Below are positions 10,569 through 19,728 of a stretch of DNA of 64,000 bases, one piece after another (the first letter of the stretch is position 1; each line of letters opens with the position of its first letter). The notes beneath the pieces are model-generated. The model saw only the letters and a program-made list of their open reading frames with translations, did not search any database and was not told the DNA's origin. Source of the stretch: an uncultured Candidatus Rokubacteria bacterium (lineage in GTDB: Bacteria > Methylomirabilota > Methylomirabilia > Rokubacteriales > DASRDR01). The stretch spans positions 576,001 through 640,000 of the forward strand of contig CAWGVS010000006.1 in assembly GCA_963826115.1 (NCBI GenBank). The letters run 5' to 3'. Position numbers and translations under genes: made by a program.

Positions 10569-11075
10569 TCAGTCCACCGACTGGCCGACCTGGGACTCGT
10601 GCTGGCCCCGCAGGGCGTCGATCGTGGCCTTCAGCGCGAACAGCATGAGCAGCGCGCCGGACACCGGCATCGCCACGTAGTACCAGTAGTTCTTGAACGG
10701 AATCGTCTCCATCAGGTCGCCGCCGAACTCCTGGACGAAGACGACGCCGTAGCGGAGCACGATCCACCCGAAGCCGAGGATCAGGAGGCCGATGAACCCG
10801 CCGAGGCCGCGGCGGACGCGGGTGGGCAGCGCGTTGAAGAGGATGTCGAAGCCGACGTGCTCCCGCTTGGCCACGCAGGCGGCGGCGCCGAGGAAGGAGA
10901 TCCAGATCAGGAGGTAGCGGGGCACCTCCTCGGTCCAGGAGACGGCCTGGCCGAAGACGTAGCGGGCCACGACCGCCGCGACGACGATGACGAAGAGCGC
11001 CGTCGCCAGCGCGATGCAAACGAGGCGCACCGCCGCCAGAGCCCATGCGACCGCGAGATCGAGCAGGTGGAGCAC
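10569..11075 (-). CDS. dctQ: TRAP transporter small permease
   Basis: RYVF...WTEEVPRYLLIW..FLG, HVGFD; four TM segments. Confidence 0.92.
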   Translation of the reverse strand: MLHLLDLAVAWALAAVRLVCIALATALFVIVVAAVVARYVFGQAVSWTEEVPRYLLIWISFLGAAACVAKREHVGFDILFNALPTRVRRGLGGFIGLLILGFGWIVLRYGVVFVQEFGGDLMETIPFKNYWYYVAMPVSGALLMLFALKATIDALRGQHESQVGQSVD

Positions 11076-11139
11076 GTCCCCTCCGGGCGGGCGCCGCGAG
11101 GAACGGGGGTCGCCCGTTCCTCGCGGGCAGGCGGGGCGA

Positions 11140-12120
11140 TCAGAACTTCTTGCCGGAGTCGAGGATGAAGTCGATCGTCTTCTCGACGTTCAGGCGCTTG
11201 GCCTCGGCCGTCACGAGCGGCTTGACGGCGTCCATGAAGGGCTGCTTGTCCACCTCGATGATCTGGGTGAACTTGCTCTTCAGCTCGCCGAGGTCCTTGT
11301 TCTCGGAAACCTTCCAGGCGCCGCGCATGTAGCCCTGGGCCAGCGCCCCGGCCTGGACGACCGCGGCCTTCTGCTGGTCGTTGAGCTGGTTGTAGAGCTT
11401 CATGGACATGACGATCAGGTCCGGGATCCGCATGTGCTCGTCCAGGGTGTAGTACTTCGTGACCTCGTAGAACTTCTTGGTCACGACCGAGGGGTGGTTG
11501 TTCTCGGCGCCGTCCACCACGCCGGTCTGCAGCGCCGTGTAGAGCTCGGCCCACGCGACCGGCACCCCGGTGGCCCCCATCGCCTCCATGGTCTTCACCA
11601 TCACCGGCGAGGCCATGACGCGGATCTTCTGTCCCTTGAGGTCGGCGGGGGTCTTCACCGGCTTCTGGGTGAAGAAGTTGCGCGAGCCCGAGTCGATGTA
11701 GCCGATCTTCTTCAGCCCCTTCTCCTCGAGCGATTTGACGAACGCCTCTGCCTCCGGCTGCGCCAGGAACCACCAGAAGTGCTTCTCGTTCTTGAAAATG
11801 AACGGGAGCGAGAACATGTCCATCGCCGGGACGACCTGGTTCAGGTTCGACGCCGACACGGTCGTGAAGCCGATCGTCCCGTTCCGCACGCTCTGCACGT
11901 TCGCCACCGCGTCGCCCAGCTGCGTGTTGGCGTAGGTCTCGACCTTCACGGTGCCCTTGGTCAGCGTCTCGACCTGCTCGGCGAAATACCGCTCGGCGAG
12001 CGTGGACGGGTGGTCGAGCGGCTGGATGCCGGAGTACTTCGTGACGATCTGGGCGCTCGCCGGCAGCGCGACCAGGGCCACGGCGAGTGCAAGTGCTGCG
12101 TACGCCAAGCCTCTCTTCAT
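11140..12120 (-). CDS. dctP: TRAP transporter substrate-binding protein
   Basis: Signal peptide; LKGQKIRVM, ELYTALQTGVVDGAEN; SD AAGGGAGG before ATG 12120. Confidence 0.95.
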   Translation of the reverse strand: MKRGLAYAALALAVALVALPASAQIVTKYSGIQPLDHPSTLAERYFAEQVETLTKGTVKVETYANTQLGDAVANVQSVRNGTIGFTTVSASNLNQVVPAMDMFSLPFIFKNEKHFWWFLAQPEAEAFVKSLEEKGLKKIGYIDSGSRNFFTQKPVKTPADLKGQKIRVMASPVMVKTMEAMGATGVPVAWAELYTALQTGVVDGAENNHPSVVTKKFYEVTKYYTLDEHMRIPDLIVMSMKLYNQLNDQQKAAVVQAGALAQGYMRGAWKVSENKDLGELKSKFTQIIEVDKQPFMDAVKPLVTAEAKRLNVEKTIDFILDSGKKF

Positions 12121-12324
12121 GCCGTACCTCCCTTCAACTGAGTCGTTTGACAGCCTCTGGCCCCGCCGGGAACGCGTTCCCCCAGGATCCGGGGCGGTCC
12201 CTGGCGCGGCTCCTAGGAAACAGCACATCGTCTCGGAAGGCAATCGATGCGCGGGGACTGCCCCGCTCGCTCGGTGCCCGCCTCGGCCGCGGCCGGATCC
12301 TGCCGCGCGCAACGCCGGCGCCAC

Positions 12325-12918
12325 TCAGCGCCCCGGCATTCCCAGCAGGGAGCGTGTGGCCATCGCCTCGCCGTAGTGCGTCCACGGGTGGGTGAGACCG
12401 AGATAGCCGAGGAAGTAGCCCCGGCTCCTGTCGGGAAGGCCGACCCAGAACTCCTCCACCCACTGGCCGGCGGGCCGGAGCGGGCGATCCTCGTCGACGA
12501 CGCGCCGGATGTAGGCCTCGTCGTGCGCGACGTCCAGGTCCTCCGGGCGCAGGGCGTTGACGAGCGCGCGGGTCCGGCGCTCGAGCGTCTCCCAGTAGGC
12601 GCGCAGGGCGGCGAGGTCGATTCGCGCCGACAGGTCGGCCACCTCCGCGGCCGTCATCCCCGTGCCGATGTCCGGCTCCGGCGCGCCGAGGCGCGGCCCC
12701 CAGCCCTCCTCGAAGAAGAGCTGCGGGCGCCGGCCGACGAAGCGGCTCACCCCGACGTCCTCGGCGCGCGCCATGTGCCAGACGATCCAGGCGACCGGGT
12801 TCACCGCCGGCGCCGGACGCTGGCGGATCTGGGCGTCGCTCGGCTCGCCGAGGAGCCGCTCGCCCACGAACTGGTGGATCGGCTCGTAGCGTCGCAGGAA
12901 GAACTGGACGGCGTCCAT
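12325..12918 (-). CDS. DinB family protein
   Basis: NPVAWIVWHMARAED and THPWTHYGE (DinB His triad); SD GGAGG. Confidence 0.85.
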   Translation of the reverse strand: MDAVQFFLRRYEPIHQFVGERLLGEPSDAQIRQRPAPAVNPVAWIVWHMARAEDVGVSRFVGRRPQLFFEEGWGPRLGAPEPDIGTGMTAAEVADLSARIDLAALRAYWETLERRTRALVNALRPEDLDVAHDEAYIRRVVDEDRPLRPAGQWVEEFWVGLPDRSRGYFLGYLGLTHPWTHYGEAMATRSLLGMPGR

Positions 12919-13033
12919 GGCGTCCTCCGGGGGGGTCTCCAGGCCAACGCGCCCATCGCTTGCCCGCTGCCGGTCGCCCGAAGATACCCAGGAAGGGGTG
13001 TCCGAAGCCAGCCCCCGCCGCCCGGGCCGTTTC

Positions 13034-13063
13034 TTGACAGCCGCGCCGGGCCGCCGATATCGT
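13034..13063 (+). promoter_or_regulatory. sigma70 promoter TTGACA-N18-TATCGT for cimA
   Basis: Perfect -35 at 13034-13039 and TAnnnT -10 at 13058-13063. Confidence 0.65.
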
Positions 13064-13098
13064 GAGGGTCCCCTTTGCGGGACCCGGGAGGCACACCC

Positions 13099-14682
13099 AT
13101 GGCGCGCCAGGTCAAGATCTACGACACCACGCTCCGGGACGGCACCCAGGGAGAGGGCGTGTCCTTCTCCATGGAGGACAAGGTCCGCCTGGCCCAGCGT
13201 CTGGACGCGCTCGGCGTGCACTACATCGAGGGCGGCTGGCCCGGATCTAACCCGAAGGACATGCGGTTCTTCCGCCGGATCCTCGACGTCCCGCTGAAGC
13301 AAGCCCGTGTGGCCGCATTCGGCGCCACCCGCCGGGCCGGCATCCCCGCTGCGGCCGACGCGAGCCTCCAGGCCCTCGTCGAGGCGCGGACGCCGGTGGC
13401 CACGATCTTCGGGAAGTCCTGGCCGTTCCACGTCACCCACGCCCTCCAGACGACGCTGCCCGAGAACCTCCTGATGATCGCCGACTCGGTGGCCTTCCTC
13501 GTCCAGAACGTCGAGGAGGTCGTGTACGACGCCGAGCACTACTTCGACGGCTTCAAGCGCGATCGGGAGTACGCGCTCGAGACCCTCCGCGCGGCCGAGC
13601 GCGCGGGCGCGAGCTGCCTCGTGCTCTGCGACACGAACGGCGGGAGCCTGCCCTCGGAGGTCGCCGAGATCGTGCGCGAGACGCGGCGGCACGTCCGGAC
13701 CCCGCTCGGCATCCACGCCCACAATGACGGCGAGTGCGCGGTCGCGAACTCGCTGGCGGCGGTCCTCGAGGGCGCCGAGCAGGTGCAGGGGACGCTCAAC
13801 GGCTTCGGCGAGCGTTGCGGGAACGCGAACCTCGTGTCGATCATCCCGAACCTCTCGCTGAAGCTCGGGCTCCAGTCGATCCCGGAGCTCCACCTCCGCG
13901 AGATGCGGGACGTGGCGCGCTTCGCCTTCGAGCTCGCCAACCGGACGCCCTGGCAGAGCCAGCCGTTCGTCGGTGACTCGGCGTTCGCCCACAAGGCCGG
14001 GATGCACGTGTCGGCGATCCTGAAGCACCCCGAGACCTACGAGCACATCACCCCCGACCTCGTGGGCAACCACCGCCGGGTGCTGGTCTCGGAGCTCGCC
14101 GGGAAGTCGAACATCCTCTGGAAGGCGCGCGAGTACGGGATCGACCTCGAGAAGGAGACGCCGGAGACGCGCCGGATCCTCGACACGCTGAAGCGGCTCG
14201 AGGACGAGGGGTACCAGTTCGAGGGCGCCGAGGCGTCGTTCGAGCTCCTGATGGAGCGGGCCCTCGGGAACCACCGCGCGTACTTCGACCTCGACGGCTA
14301 CCGGGTGATCGTCGAGGCTCGGCGCGACGATCGGGAGCCCCTCGCCGAGGCGACGGTCAGGGTCCAGGTCAAGGGGATCTCCGAGCACACGGCCGCGACC
14401 GGGAACGGGCCGGTCAACGCGCTCGACCACGCGCTCCGGAAGGCCCTCCAGGAGTTCTACCCGAACCTCCAGGAGATGCACCTGGTCGACTACAAGGTGC
14501 GGATCCTCGACGAGACCAGCGGCACCGCGGCCAAGACGCGCGTCCTGATCACCTCCGCCGACGGCGAGGAGACCTGGGGCACCGTCGGCGTCGCCTGCAA
14601 CATCATCGACGCGTCCTGGCAGGCCCTGGTCGACTCGGTGGAGTACAAGCTCCGCCGCGACGAGCGCCGCAGTCTCCGGTAG
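13099..14682 (+). CDS. cimA: Citramalate synthase (LeuA/CimA family)
   Basis: [65 protein letters not shown]. Confidence 0.93.
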   Translation: MARQVKIYDTTLRDGTQGEGVSFSMEDKVRLAQRLDALGVHYIEGGWPGSNPKDMRFFRRILDVPLKQARVAAFGATRRAGIPAAADASLQALVEARTPVATIFGKSWPFHVTHALQTTLPENLLMIADSVAFLVQNVEEVVYDAEHYFDGFKRDREYALETLRAAERAGASCLVLCDTNGGSLPSEVAEIVRETRRHVRTPLGIHAHNDGECAVANSLAAVLEGAEQVQGTLNGFGERCGNANLVSIIPNLSLKLGLQSIPELHLREMRDVARFAFELANRTPWQSQPFVGDSAFAHKAGMHVSAILKHPETYEHITPDLVGNHRRVLVSELAGKSNILWKAREYGIDLEKETPETRRILDTLKRLEDEGYQFEGAEASFELLMERALGNHRAYFDLDGYRVIVEARRDDREPLAEATVRVQVKGISEHTAATGNGPVNALDHALRKALQEFYPNLQEMHLVDYKVRILDETSGTAAKTRVLITSADGEETWGTVGVACNIIDASWQALVDSVEYKLRRDERRSLR

Positions 14683-14699
14683 CGCCGCGAGCCCGAGGG

Positions 14700-14852
14700 A
14701 TGCTGGCGCGCCCGCGGCAGATCGTTCTGTCCCTCCTAGTCGTCGTGCCCGCCGTCCTGCTGGTCTCGGCCGACCGGGCCGGGGGCCAGTCGACGCCGCC
14801 CGCCTCGGAGCGCGACCCAAACCCGGCGACCTTGGAGGAAAGCGACCCGTGA
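14700..14852 (+). CDS. 50-aa signal-peptide-like mini ORF ending on the DJ-1 start (possible remnant)
   Basis: MLARPRQIVLSLLVVVPAVLLVSADRAGGQ...EESDP*; its TGA overlaps GTG 14849. Confidence 0.4.
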   Translation: MLARPRQIVLSLLVVVPAVLLVSADRAGGQSTPPASERDPNPATLEESDP

Positions 14853-15526
14853 GCTTCCACATCGGCTACGTGGTGTTCCCGAACCTGACGCAGCTCGACT
14901 TCACGGGGCCGCTCCAGGTGCTGAGTCGCCTGCCGGACTCGACGACGCACATCGTGGCCAAGACGCGCGCGCCGGTGCCGTCGGACACCCCGCTCGCCAT
15001 CCCGCCGACGGTGACGTTCGCGGACTGCCCGCCCCTCGACCTCCTCTGCGTGCCCGGTGGGTTCGGCGTGGACCAGGCGGTGGAGGACGAGGAGACGATC
15101 GCCTTCGTGCGCCGGGCCGCCGCGCGCGCGAGCTACGTCACGAGCGTCTGCACGGGCGCGTTCGTCCTCGGCGCGGCCGGCCTCCTCAGAGGGAAGCGCG
15201 CGACCACTCACTGGGCCTACCACCACCTCCTGCCGCGGGTGGGGGCGATCCCCGTGCACGAGCGGGTGGTCCGTGACGGCAACACGATCACCGGCGGCGG
15301 CGTCACCGCGGGCGTCGACTTCGCCTTCACGGTGATGAACGAGATCGCCGGGCCGGTCGTGACGCAGTCGGTGCAGCTCGGGATCGAGTACGATCCGAAG
15401 CCGCCCTTCGTAGGCGGGTCGCCCGGGCGCGCCCCGGCGGAGATCAAGGCGGCGGTCGACCAGCGCTACGCGCCGCGCCTCCCCGTGTTCGAGCAGATCC
15501 TCGACCGCGTCGCCGCGCGGCGCTAG
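14849..15526 (+). CDS. DJ-1/PfpI family protein (isonitrile hydratase InhA-like)
   Basis: TQLDFTGP, VPGG, SVCTGA, ATTHW, TGGGVTAGVDF, EYDPKPPF. Confidence 0.92.
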   Translation: MSFHIGYVVFPNLTQLDFTGPLQVLSRLPDSTTHIVAKTRAPVPSDTPLAIPPTVTFADCPPLDLLCVPGGFGVDQAVEDEETIAFVRRAAARASYVTSVCTGAFVLGAAGLLRGKRATTHWAYHHLLPRVGAIPVHERVVRDGNTITGGGVTAGVDFAFTVMNEIAGPVVTQSVQLGIEYDPKPPFVGGSPGRAPAEIKAAVDQRYAPRLPVFEQILDRVAARR

Positions 15527-15544
15527 CCCGAAGAACCTCCCGGA

Positions 15545-15576
15545 GCCCTCGACGCTCACCGGCGAGCGTCGAGGGC
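15545..15576 (+). terminator. 13-bp perfect hairpin downstream of the DJ-1 gene
   Basis: GCCCTCGACGCTC-ACCGGC-GAGCGTCGAGGGC; no clear U tract. Confidence 0.5.
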
Positions 15577-15716
15577 CTCTCCGCCTTCACCTGGACGTCG
15601 CCCGACTGCGCCCGCAGTCCCGCGCTGTTCTTCCGCCAGTGGTTGCCCGCGTCAGGGGAGGGACTGCCATGTAAAGCATTTCCACAGCTCACTATTTGCT
15701 CCGCATCCACAGTGTT

Positions 15717-15753
15717 TTGACACGTGATCTACTAATGTGTAGAGTTCACTACA
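15717..15753 (+). promoter_or_regulatory. chr promoter TTGACA-N17-TAGAGT overlapped by GTAG/CTAC inverted repeats (putative ChrB operator)
   Basis: -35 at 15717-22, -10 at 15740-45; TCTAC-N6-GTAGA at 15728-43 and TGTAG-N6-CTACA at 15738-53 in an AT-rich patch. Confidence 0.7.
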
Positions 15754-15755
15754 TC

Positions 15756-16733
15756 ATGAATACCGGCACGGCCTGGCTCCAGCTGGTCACGAGCCTCCCC
15801 ACGGAGAACGCGACGGAGCGCATGCGCGTCTGGCGCGCGCTGAAGGCGACGGGGGCCGGCGTGCTGCGGGACGGCGTCTACGTCCTGCCCGAGCGCCCGG
15901 ATCTCCAGGAGGTCCTCGTGGGCCTGGCCGCGGAGATCACCGAGGCTGGCGGGAGCGCGCACCTCCTGCGCGTGGAGTCGCGTGACGCGGCCCAGACCGA
16001 CGCGCTGCGGGCCCTGGTCGACCGGACGACAGACTACGCGGCCCTCGCGGACGAGATCGGCCGCGCGCGGAAACGCTTCACGCGGCGGGACCTGGCCGCC
16101 GTCCGCCGCCAGAGCCGGACCCTTCGCCGCCAGTTCGAAGCGCTCGCCGCGATCGACTTCTTTCCTGGGGCGGCGAAGGCCCACGCCGAGGCCGCGCTCC
16201 TCGAGGTGGAGGCGGCCGCCATCGAGATCTTGAGCCCCGGCGAGCCGCAGGGGCGACGCGGGCCGGTTCTCCGGCTCGATCGCAGCCAGTACCGGCGGCG
16301 CGTCTGGGCGACCCGCAAGGCGCCGTGGGTCGACCGCTTGGCCTGCGCGTGGCTCATCAAGCGGCACATCGATCCGGCCGCGTCCTTCGTCTGGCTGGAG
16401 ACCCCGGGCGACCTGCCGACCCGCGCCGTCGGATTCGATTTCGACGGGGCGCCATTCACCCACGTCGAGTCGCGCGTGACGTTCGAGGTGTTCCTGAAGA
16501 GCTTCGACCTCGACGGTGACGACGCGCTGCGGCGACTGGGCGACCTCGTCCACTACCTCGATGTAGGGGGGATCCCGGTGGCCGACGCGGCCGGGGTGGC
16601 GACGGCCCTCACCGGAGCCAAGCACCAGAGCCGCGACGACGACCAGCTCCTGAAGCACGCGCTCGCGCTGTTCGACTGGCTCTACGCCGCGTACACGGAG
16701 GCGGAGCGTGACGCGGAAGACGGGCCGGCCTGA
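15756..16733 (+). CDS. chrB: Chromate resistance regulator ChrB
   Basis: RMRVWRALK..G...LRDGVYVLP, IDFFPG, WATRKAPWVDRLACAWLIKRHID, GFDFDGA.FTH. Confidence 0.93.
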   Translation: MNTGTAWLQLVTSLPTENATERMRVWRALKATGAGVLRDGVYVLPERPDLQEVLVGLAAEITEAGGSAHLLRVESRDAAQTDALRALVDRTTDYAALADEIGRARKRFTRRDLAAVRRQSRTLRRQFEALAAIDFFPGAAKAHAEAALLEVEAAAIEILSPGEPQGRRGPVLRLDRSQYRRRVWATRKAPWVDRLACAWLIKRHIDPAASFVWLETPGDLPTRAVGFDFDGAPFTHVESRVTFEVFLKSFDLDGDDALRRLGDLVHYLDVGGIPVADAAGVATALTGAKHQSRDDDQLLKHALALFDWLYAAYTEAERDAEDGPA

Positions 16734-16739
16734 CCTAGC

Positions 16740-17720
16740 ATGCGCATCCTGTCGCGCCGCCAGGTCCTGGACCTGCTGGGCCTCCGCGAGTGCATCGCGG
16801 CGGTCGAGAGCGCCTTCCGCCTCCACGCCGAAGGTCGGACGCTCGGTCCGGGCGTGCTGGGGGTGCCCGCCCCGCGCGGCGGCTTCCACATCAAGGCGGC
16901 CGGGCTCGTCGGACCCCGCAGCTACTTCGCGGCCAAGACGAACGCGAACTTCCCGGAGAACCCGCGCCGATTCGGCGTGCCGACCATCCGCGGGACCGTC
17001 GTGCTCGCCGACGCCGAGACCGGCGAGCCCCTCGCGGTGATGGACTCCGCGAGCGTGACCGCTCTCCGGACCGGGGCGGCCACCGCCGTGGCCGCGAAGC
17101 ACCTGGCGCGGCCCGACTCGCGCGTCGCCACGCTCGTGGGGTGCGGCGCCCAGGGGGCGACGCAGCTGGCCGCCATCGCCGCCGTGCTTCCGTTGGAGCA
17201 CGCCTGGGTGCTCGACACCGACCCGGCGCGCGCCGAGGCGCTGGCCGTCCGGGCCCGGGCCGACCTCGGGATCCGCGTCTCGATCGCCACCGACCTCCGG
17301 GCCGCGCTGCGCGAGAGCGACGTGTGCGTCACCTGCACGCCGTCACGCCGTCCGCTCGTGTTCCGGGGCGACGTCGCGCCCGGGACCTTCGTCGCCGCCG
17401 CCGGGGCCGACAGCCAGGGCAAGCAGGAGCTCGAGCCGGCGCTGGTCGCGGCGTCGACGCTCGTCGTCGACGTGCTCGAGCAGTGCGCGGAGATCGGCGA
17501 GCTGCAGCACGCGCTGGCGGCGGGGCTGATGACCCGGGCGGGCGTGCACGCGGAGCTGCCGGACGTGGTCGCCGGCCGGCGGCCGGGCCGCACGCAGGAC
17601 GACGAGATCACGGTGTTCGACAGCTCGGGCACCGCGCTGCAGGACGTCGCCGCGGCCATCGTGGTCTACGAGCGGGCGCTCGCCCGTGGCTGCGGCACGG
17701 AGGTGACCCTCGATGACTGA
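16740..17720 (+). CDS. Ornithine cyclodeaminase/mu-crystallin family protein
   Basis: TALRTGAATAVA, GCGAQG, GAD...KQEL, FDSSGTALQD. Confidence 0.92.
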   Translation: MRILSRRQVLDLLGLRECIAAVESAFRLHAEGRTLGPGVLGVPAPRGGFHIKAAGLVGPRSYFAAKTNANFPENPRRFGVPTIRGTVVLADAETGEPLAVMDSASVTALRTGAATAVAAKHLARPDSRVATLVGCGAQGATQLAAIAAVLPLEHAWVLDTDPARAEALAVRARADLGIRVSIATDLRAALRESDVCVTCTPSRRPLVFRGDVAPGTFVAAAGADSQGKQELEPALVAASTLVVDVLEQCAEIGELQHALAAGLMTRAGVHAELPDVVAGRRPGRTQDDEITVFDSSGTALQDVAAAIVVYERALARGCGTEVTLDD

Positions 17721-18858
17721 GCCGGAGGGCGGCATGACCCCGGCCGGGGCCCGGCCCACGACGCGCGCCCTGGTCAACTACTTCCTCTATCTCGGCAGCC
17801 TGGGATTCGGGGGGCCGGTGGCGCTGGTCGGCTACATGCAGCGGGACCTCGTCGAGCGTCGCGGGTGGTTCACGAAGGAGGAGTACATGAAGTCCCTGGC
17901 GCTCGCCCAGCTGGCGCCGGGACCGCTGGCCGCGCAGCTGGCGATCTGCCTCGGCTACGTGCACTCGCGGATCACGGGGGCGACTGTGGTGGCGCTCGCG
18001 TTCGTCCTGCCGTCGTTCGGCATGACGGTGGCGATCAGCTGGCTCTACGTCCGCTTCGGCGGGCTCACGTGGATGCAGGCCGCGTTCTACGGCGTCGGGG
18101 CGGCGGTGATCGGGATCATCGTGCTCGCCGCCTACAAGCTGGCGAAGCTCACGATCGCCAAGGATCGGCTGCAGTGGGTGATCTTCGCGGTCCTCGCGGT
18201 GTCGACGGCGTGGACCGAGTCGGAGATCCTCTGGCTCTTCCTGCTCGCGGGGGTCGTCTCGATGGTGGCGTCGGCGCCGCCGGCGTGGCTCAAGCGGTCG
18301 GCGCCGGCGTGCCTCGCGGTGGCGGCCACGCCCGAGCTGCTCGCCCAGATCCTGCTCTTCTTCGCCAAGGCCGGCGCGTTCGTGTTCGGCAGCGGGCTCG
18401 CGATCGTGCCGTTCCTCTACGGCGGGGTGGTCCAGGAGTACGGCTGGCTCAACGACAAGCAGTTCCTGGACGCCGTCGCGGTCGCCATGCTGACGCCCGG
18501 CCCGATCGTCATCACCGTGGCCTTCATCGGCTATCTCGTGGCGAGCTTTCCCGGGGCGGTCGCGGCGGCGGTCGGCGTCTTCCTTCCGGTCTACCTGTTC
18601 GTCGTGATCCCGTACCCCTTCTTCGACCGCATCAGCGCCAACGTGAAGGTCAAGGCGTTCGTGGCGGGCGTGACGGCGGCGGCCTCCGGCACCATCGCGG
18701 GCGCCTGCTTCGTCCTCGCCCGCCGCGCCATCGTCGACGTGCCCACCCTCGTGATCGCGCTCGCGGTCCTCGGCATCACGTGGCGCTTCAAGGTGCCAGA
18801 ACCCCTGCTCATCGCGGCGGGCGCCGCGGCGGGCCTCGTCATCGTGTCACTGGGATGA
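17713..18858 (+). CDS. chrA: Chromate efflux transporter (two-domain CHR family)
   Basis: GSLGFGG, AQLAPGP, GAFVFGSG, TPGP motifs in two homologous halves. Confidence 0.95.
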   Translation: MTEPEGGMTPAGARPTTRALVNYFLYLGSLGFGGPVALVGYMQRDLVERRGWFTKEEYMKSLALAQLAPGPLAAQLAICLGYVHSRITGATVVALAFVLPSFGMTVAISWLYVRFGGLTWMQAAFYGVGAAVIGIIVLAAYKLAKLTIAKDRLQWVIFAVLAVSTAWTESEILWLFLLAGVVSMVASAPPAWLKRSAPACLAVAATPELLAQILLFFAKAGAFVFGSGLAIVPFLYGGVVQEYGWLNDKQFLDAVAVAMLTPGPIVITVAFIGYLVASFPGAVAAAVGVFLPVYLFVVIPYPFFDRISANVKVKAFVAGVTAAASGTIAGACFVLARRAIVDVPTLVIALAVLGITWRFKVPEPLLIAAGAAAGLVIVSLG

Positions 18859-18872
18859 GGAGCGTGCCATGA
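18855..18872 (+). other. Bridge mini-ORF MRSVP* linking the chrA stop to the chrF start
   Basis: ATG overlaps the chrA TGA; its TGA overlaps ATG 18869. Confidence 0.45.
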
Positions 18873-19690
18873 AGTGGATCACTCGTGAACGTGCGCGGGT
18901 CGACCGGATCGCCTGCCCCTGGCTGATCACGCGGTTCATCGATCCGAAGCCGGAGTTTCTCTTCGTCCCGGCCAATCAGGTGCTCGAGGCGGCGACGCGC
19001 GAGGGCGCGACCGCCTACGACATCCCCAGGGTCGAGCTGGGGCACCACGGGCCGGAATGCTCCTTCGACGCGTTCGTCGCGCGGTACGAGCTGGCGGATC
19101 CGGCCCTCGCCGGGCTGGCGCGCATCGTGCGGGGGGCCGATACCGACGACCGGGCGCTGACGCCGGAATCGGCGGGGCTCTACGCCGCGGCCACCGGATT
19201 CCAGGCGACGAGCCGGGACGACTTCGACAACATGGCGCGCCAGTTCCCGCTGTACGATGCCCTCTACGCGTACTGCCGGGCGCAGAGCCCGACACCGGCG
19301 ATGCCCCGGGTGCTGTTCGTCTGTCTCCACGGGGCGGCCAAGAGCGTCATCGGGGCGTCGCACTTCCGCCGGCTGGCCGCTGCCCGGGGCCTCGCGATGG
19401 ACGCGGTGGCCGCTGGCACGGAGCCCGACCCGGAGCTCGCGCCCGGGGCGGTGAAGGGGCTCGCCGGCGAGGGATTCTCGGCCACACCGAGCCGACCGCG
19501 GCCGGTCACGCTCTACGACCTGGCCAGCGCGTCGCGCATCGTCAGCTTCGGCTGCGACGTCGCCCCGGCGAAGGGCCAGCGGGTCGACCGCTGGGACGTG
19601 CCCGCGGTGAGCGACGGCTACGCCGCCGCGCGCGACCGCATCGTGGCGAACGTGGAGCGGCTGGTCTCGGAGCTCGCGGCCGGACGCTGA
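18869..19690 (+). CDS. chrF: ChrF (ChrB C-terminal-like) domain fused to an LMW-PTP/ArsC-like domain
   Basis: MKWITRER.RVDRIACPWLI.RFID, CSFDAF; then VLFVCLHGAAKS, AGTEP, SFGC, DRWDVP. Confidence 0.85.
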   Translation: MKWITRERARVDRIACPWLITRFIDPKPEFLFVPANQVLEAATREGATAYDIPRVELGHHGPECSFDAFVARYELADPALAGLARIVRGADTDDRALTPESAGLYAAATGFQATSRDDFDNMARQFPLYDALYAYCRAQSPTPAMPRVLFVCLHGAAKSVIGASHFRRLAAARGLAMDAVAAGTEPDPELAPGAVKGLAGEGFSATPSRPRPVTLYDLASASRIVSFGCDVAPAKGQRVDRWDVPAVSDGYAAARDRIVANVERLVSELAAGR

Positions 19691-19728
19691 CGCGCCGGCC
19701 CCCGACGAGCCCACGGCCCGAGCGCGCC

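Noticed and set aside
11140-12918. The DinB stop TGA (12327-12325) is in frame with an open frame running into dctP, mimicking readthrough
   Set aside because: The TGA does not align with a Cys motif, the linker is not protein-like, and dctP has its own SD and signal peptide at 12120
15545-15576. Perfect hairpin as a REP or MITE element
   Set aside because: No second copy noticed in the window; its position after a stop codon fits a terminator-like structure
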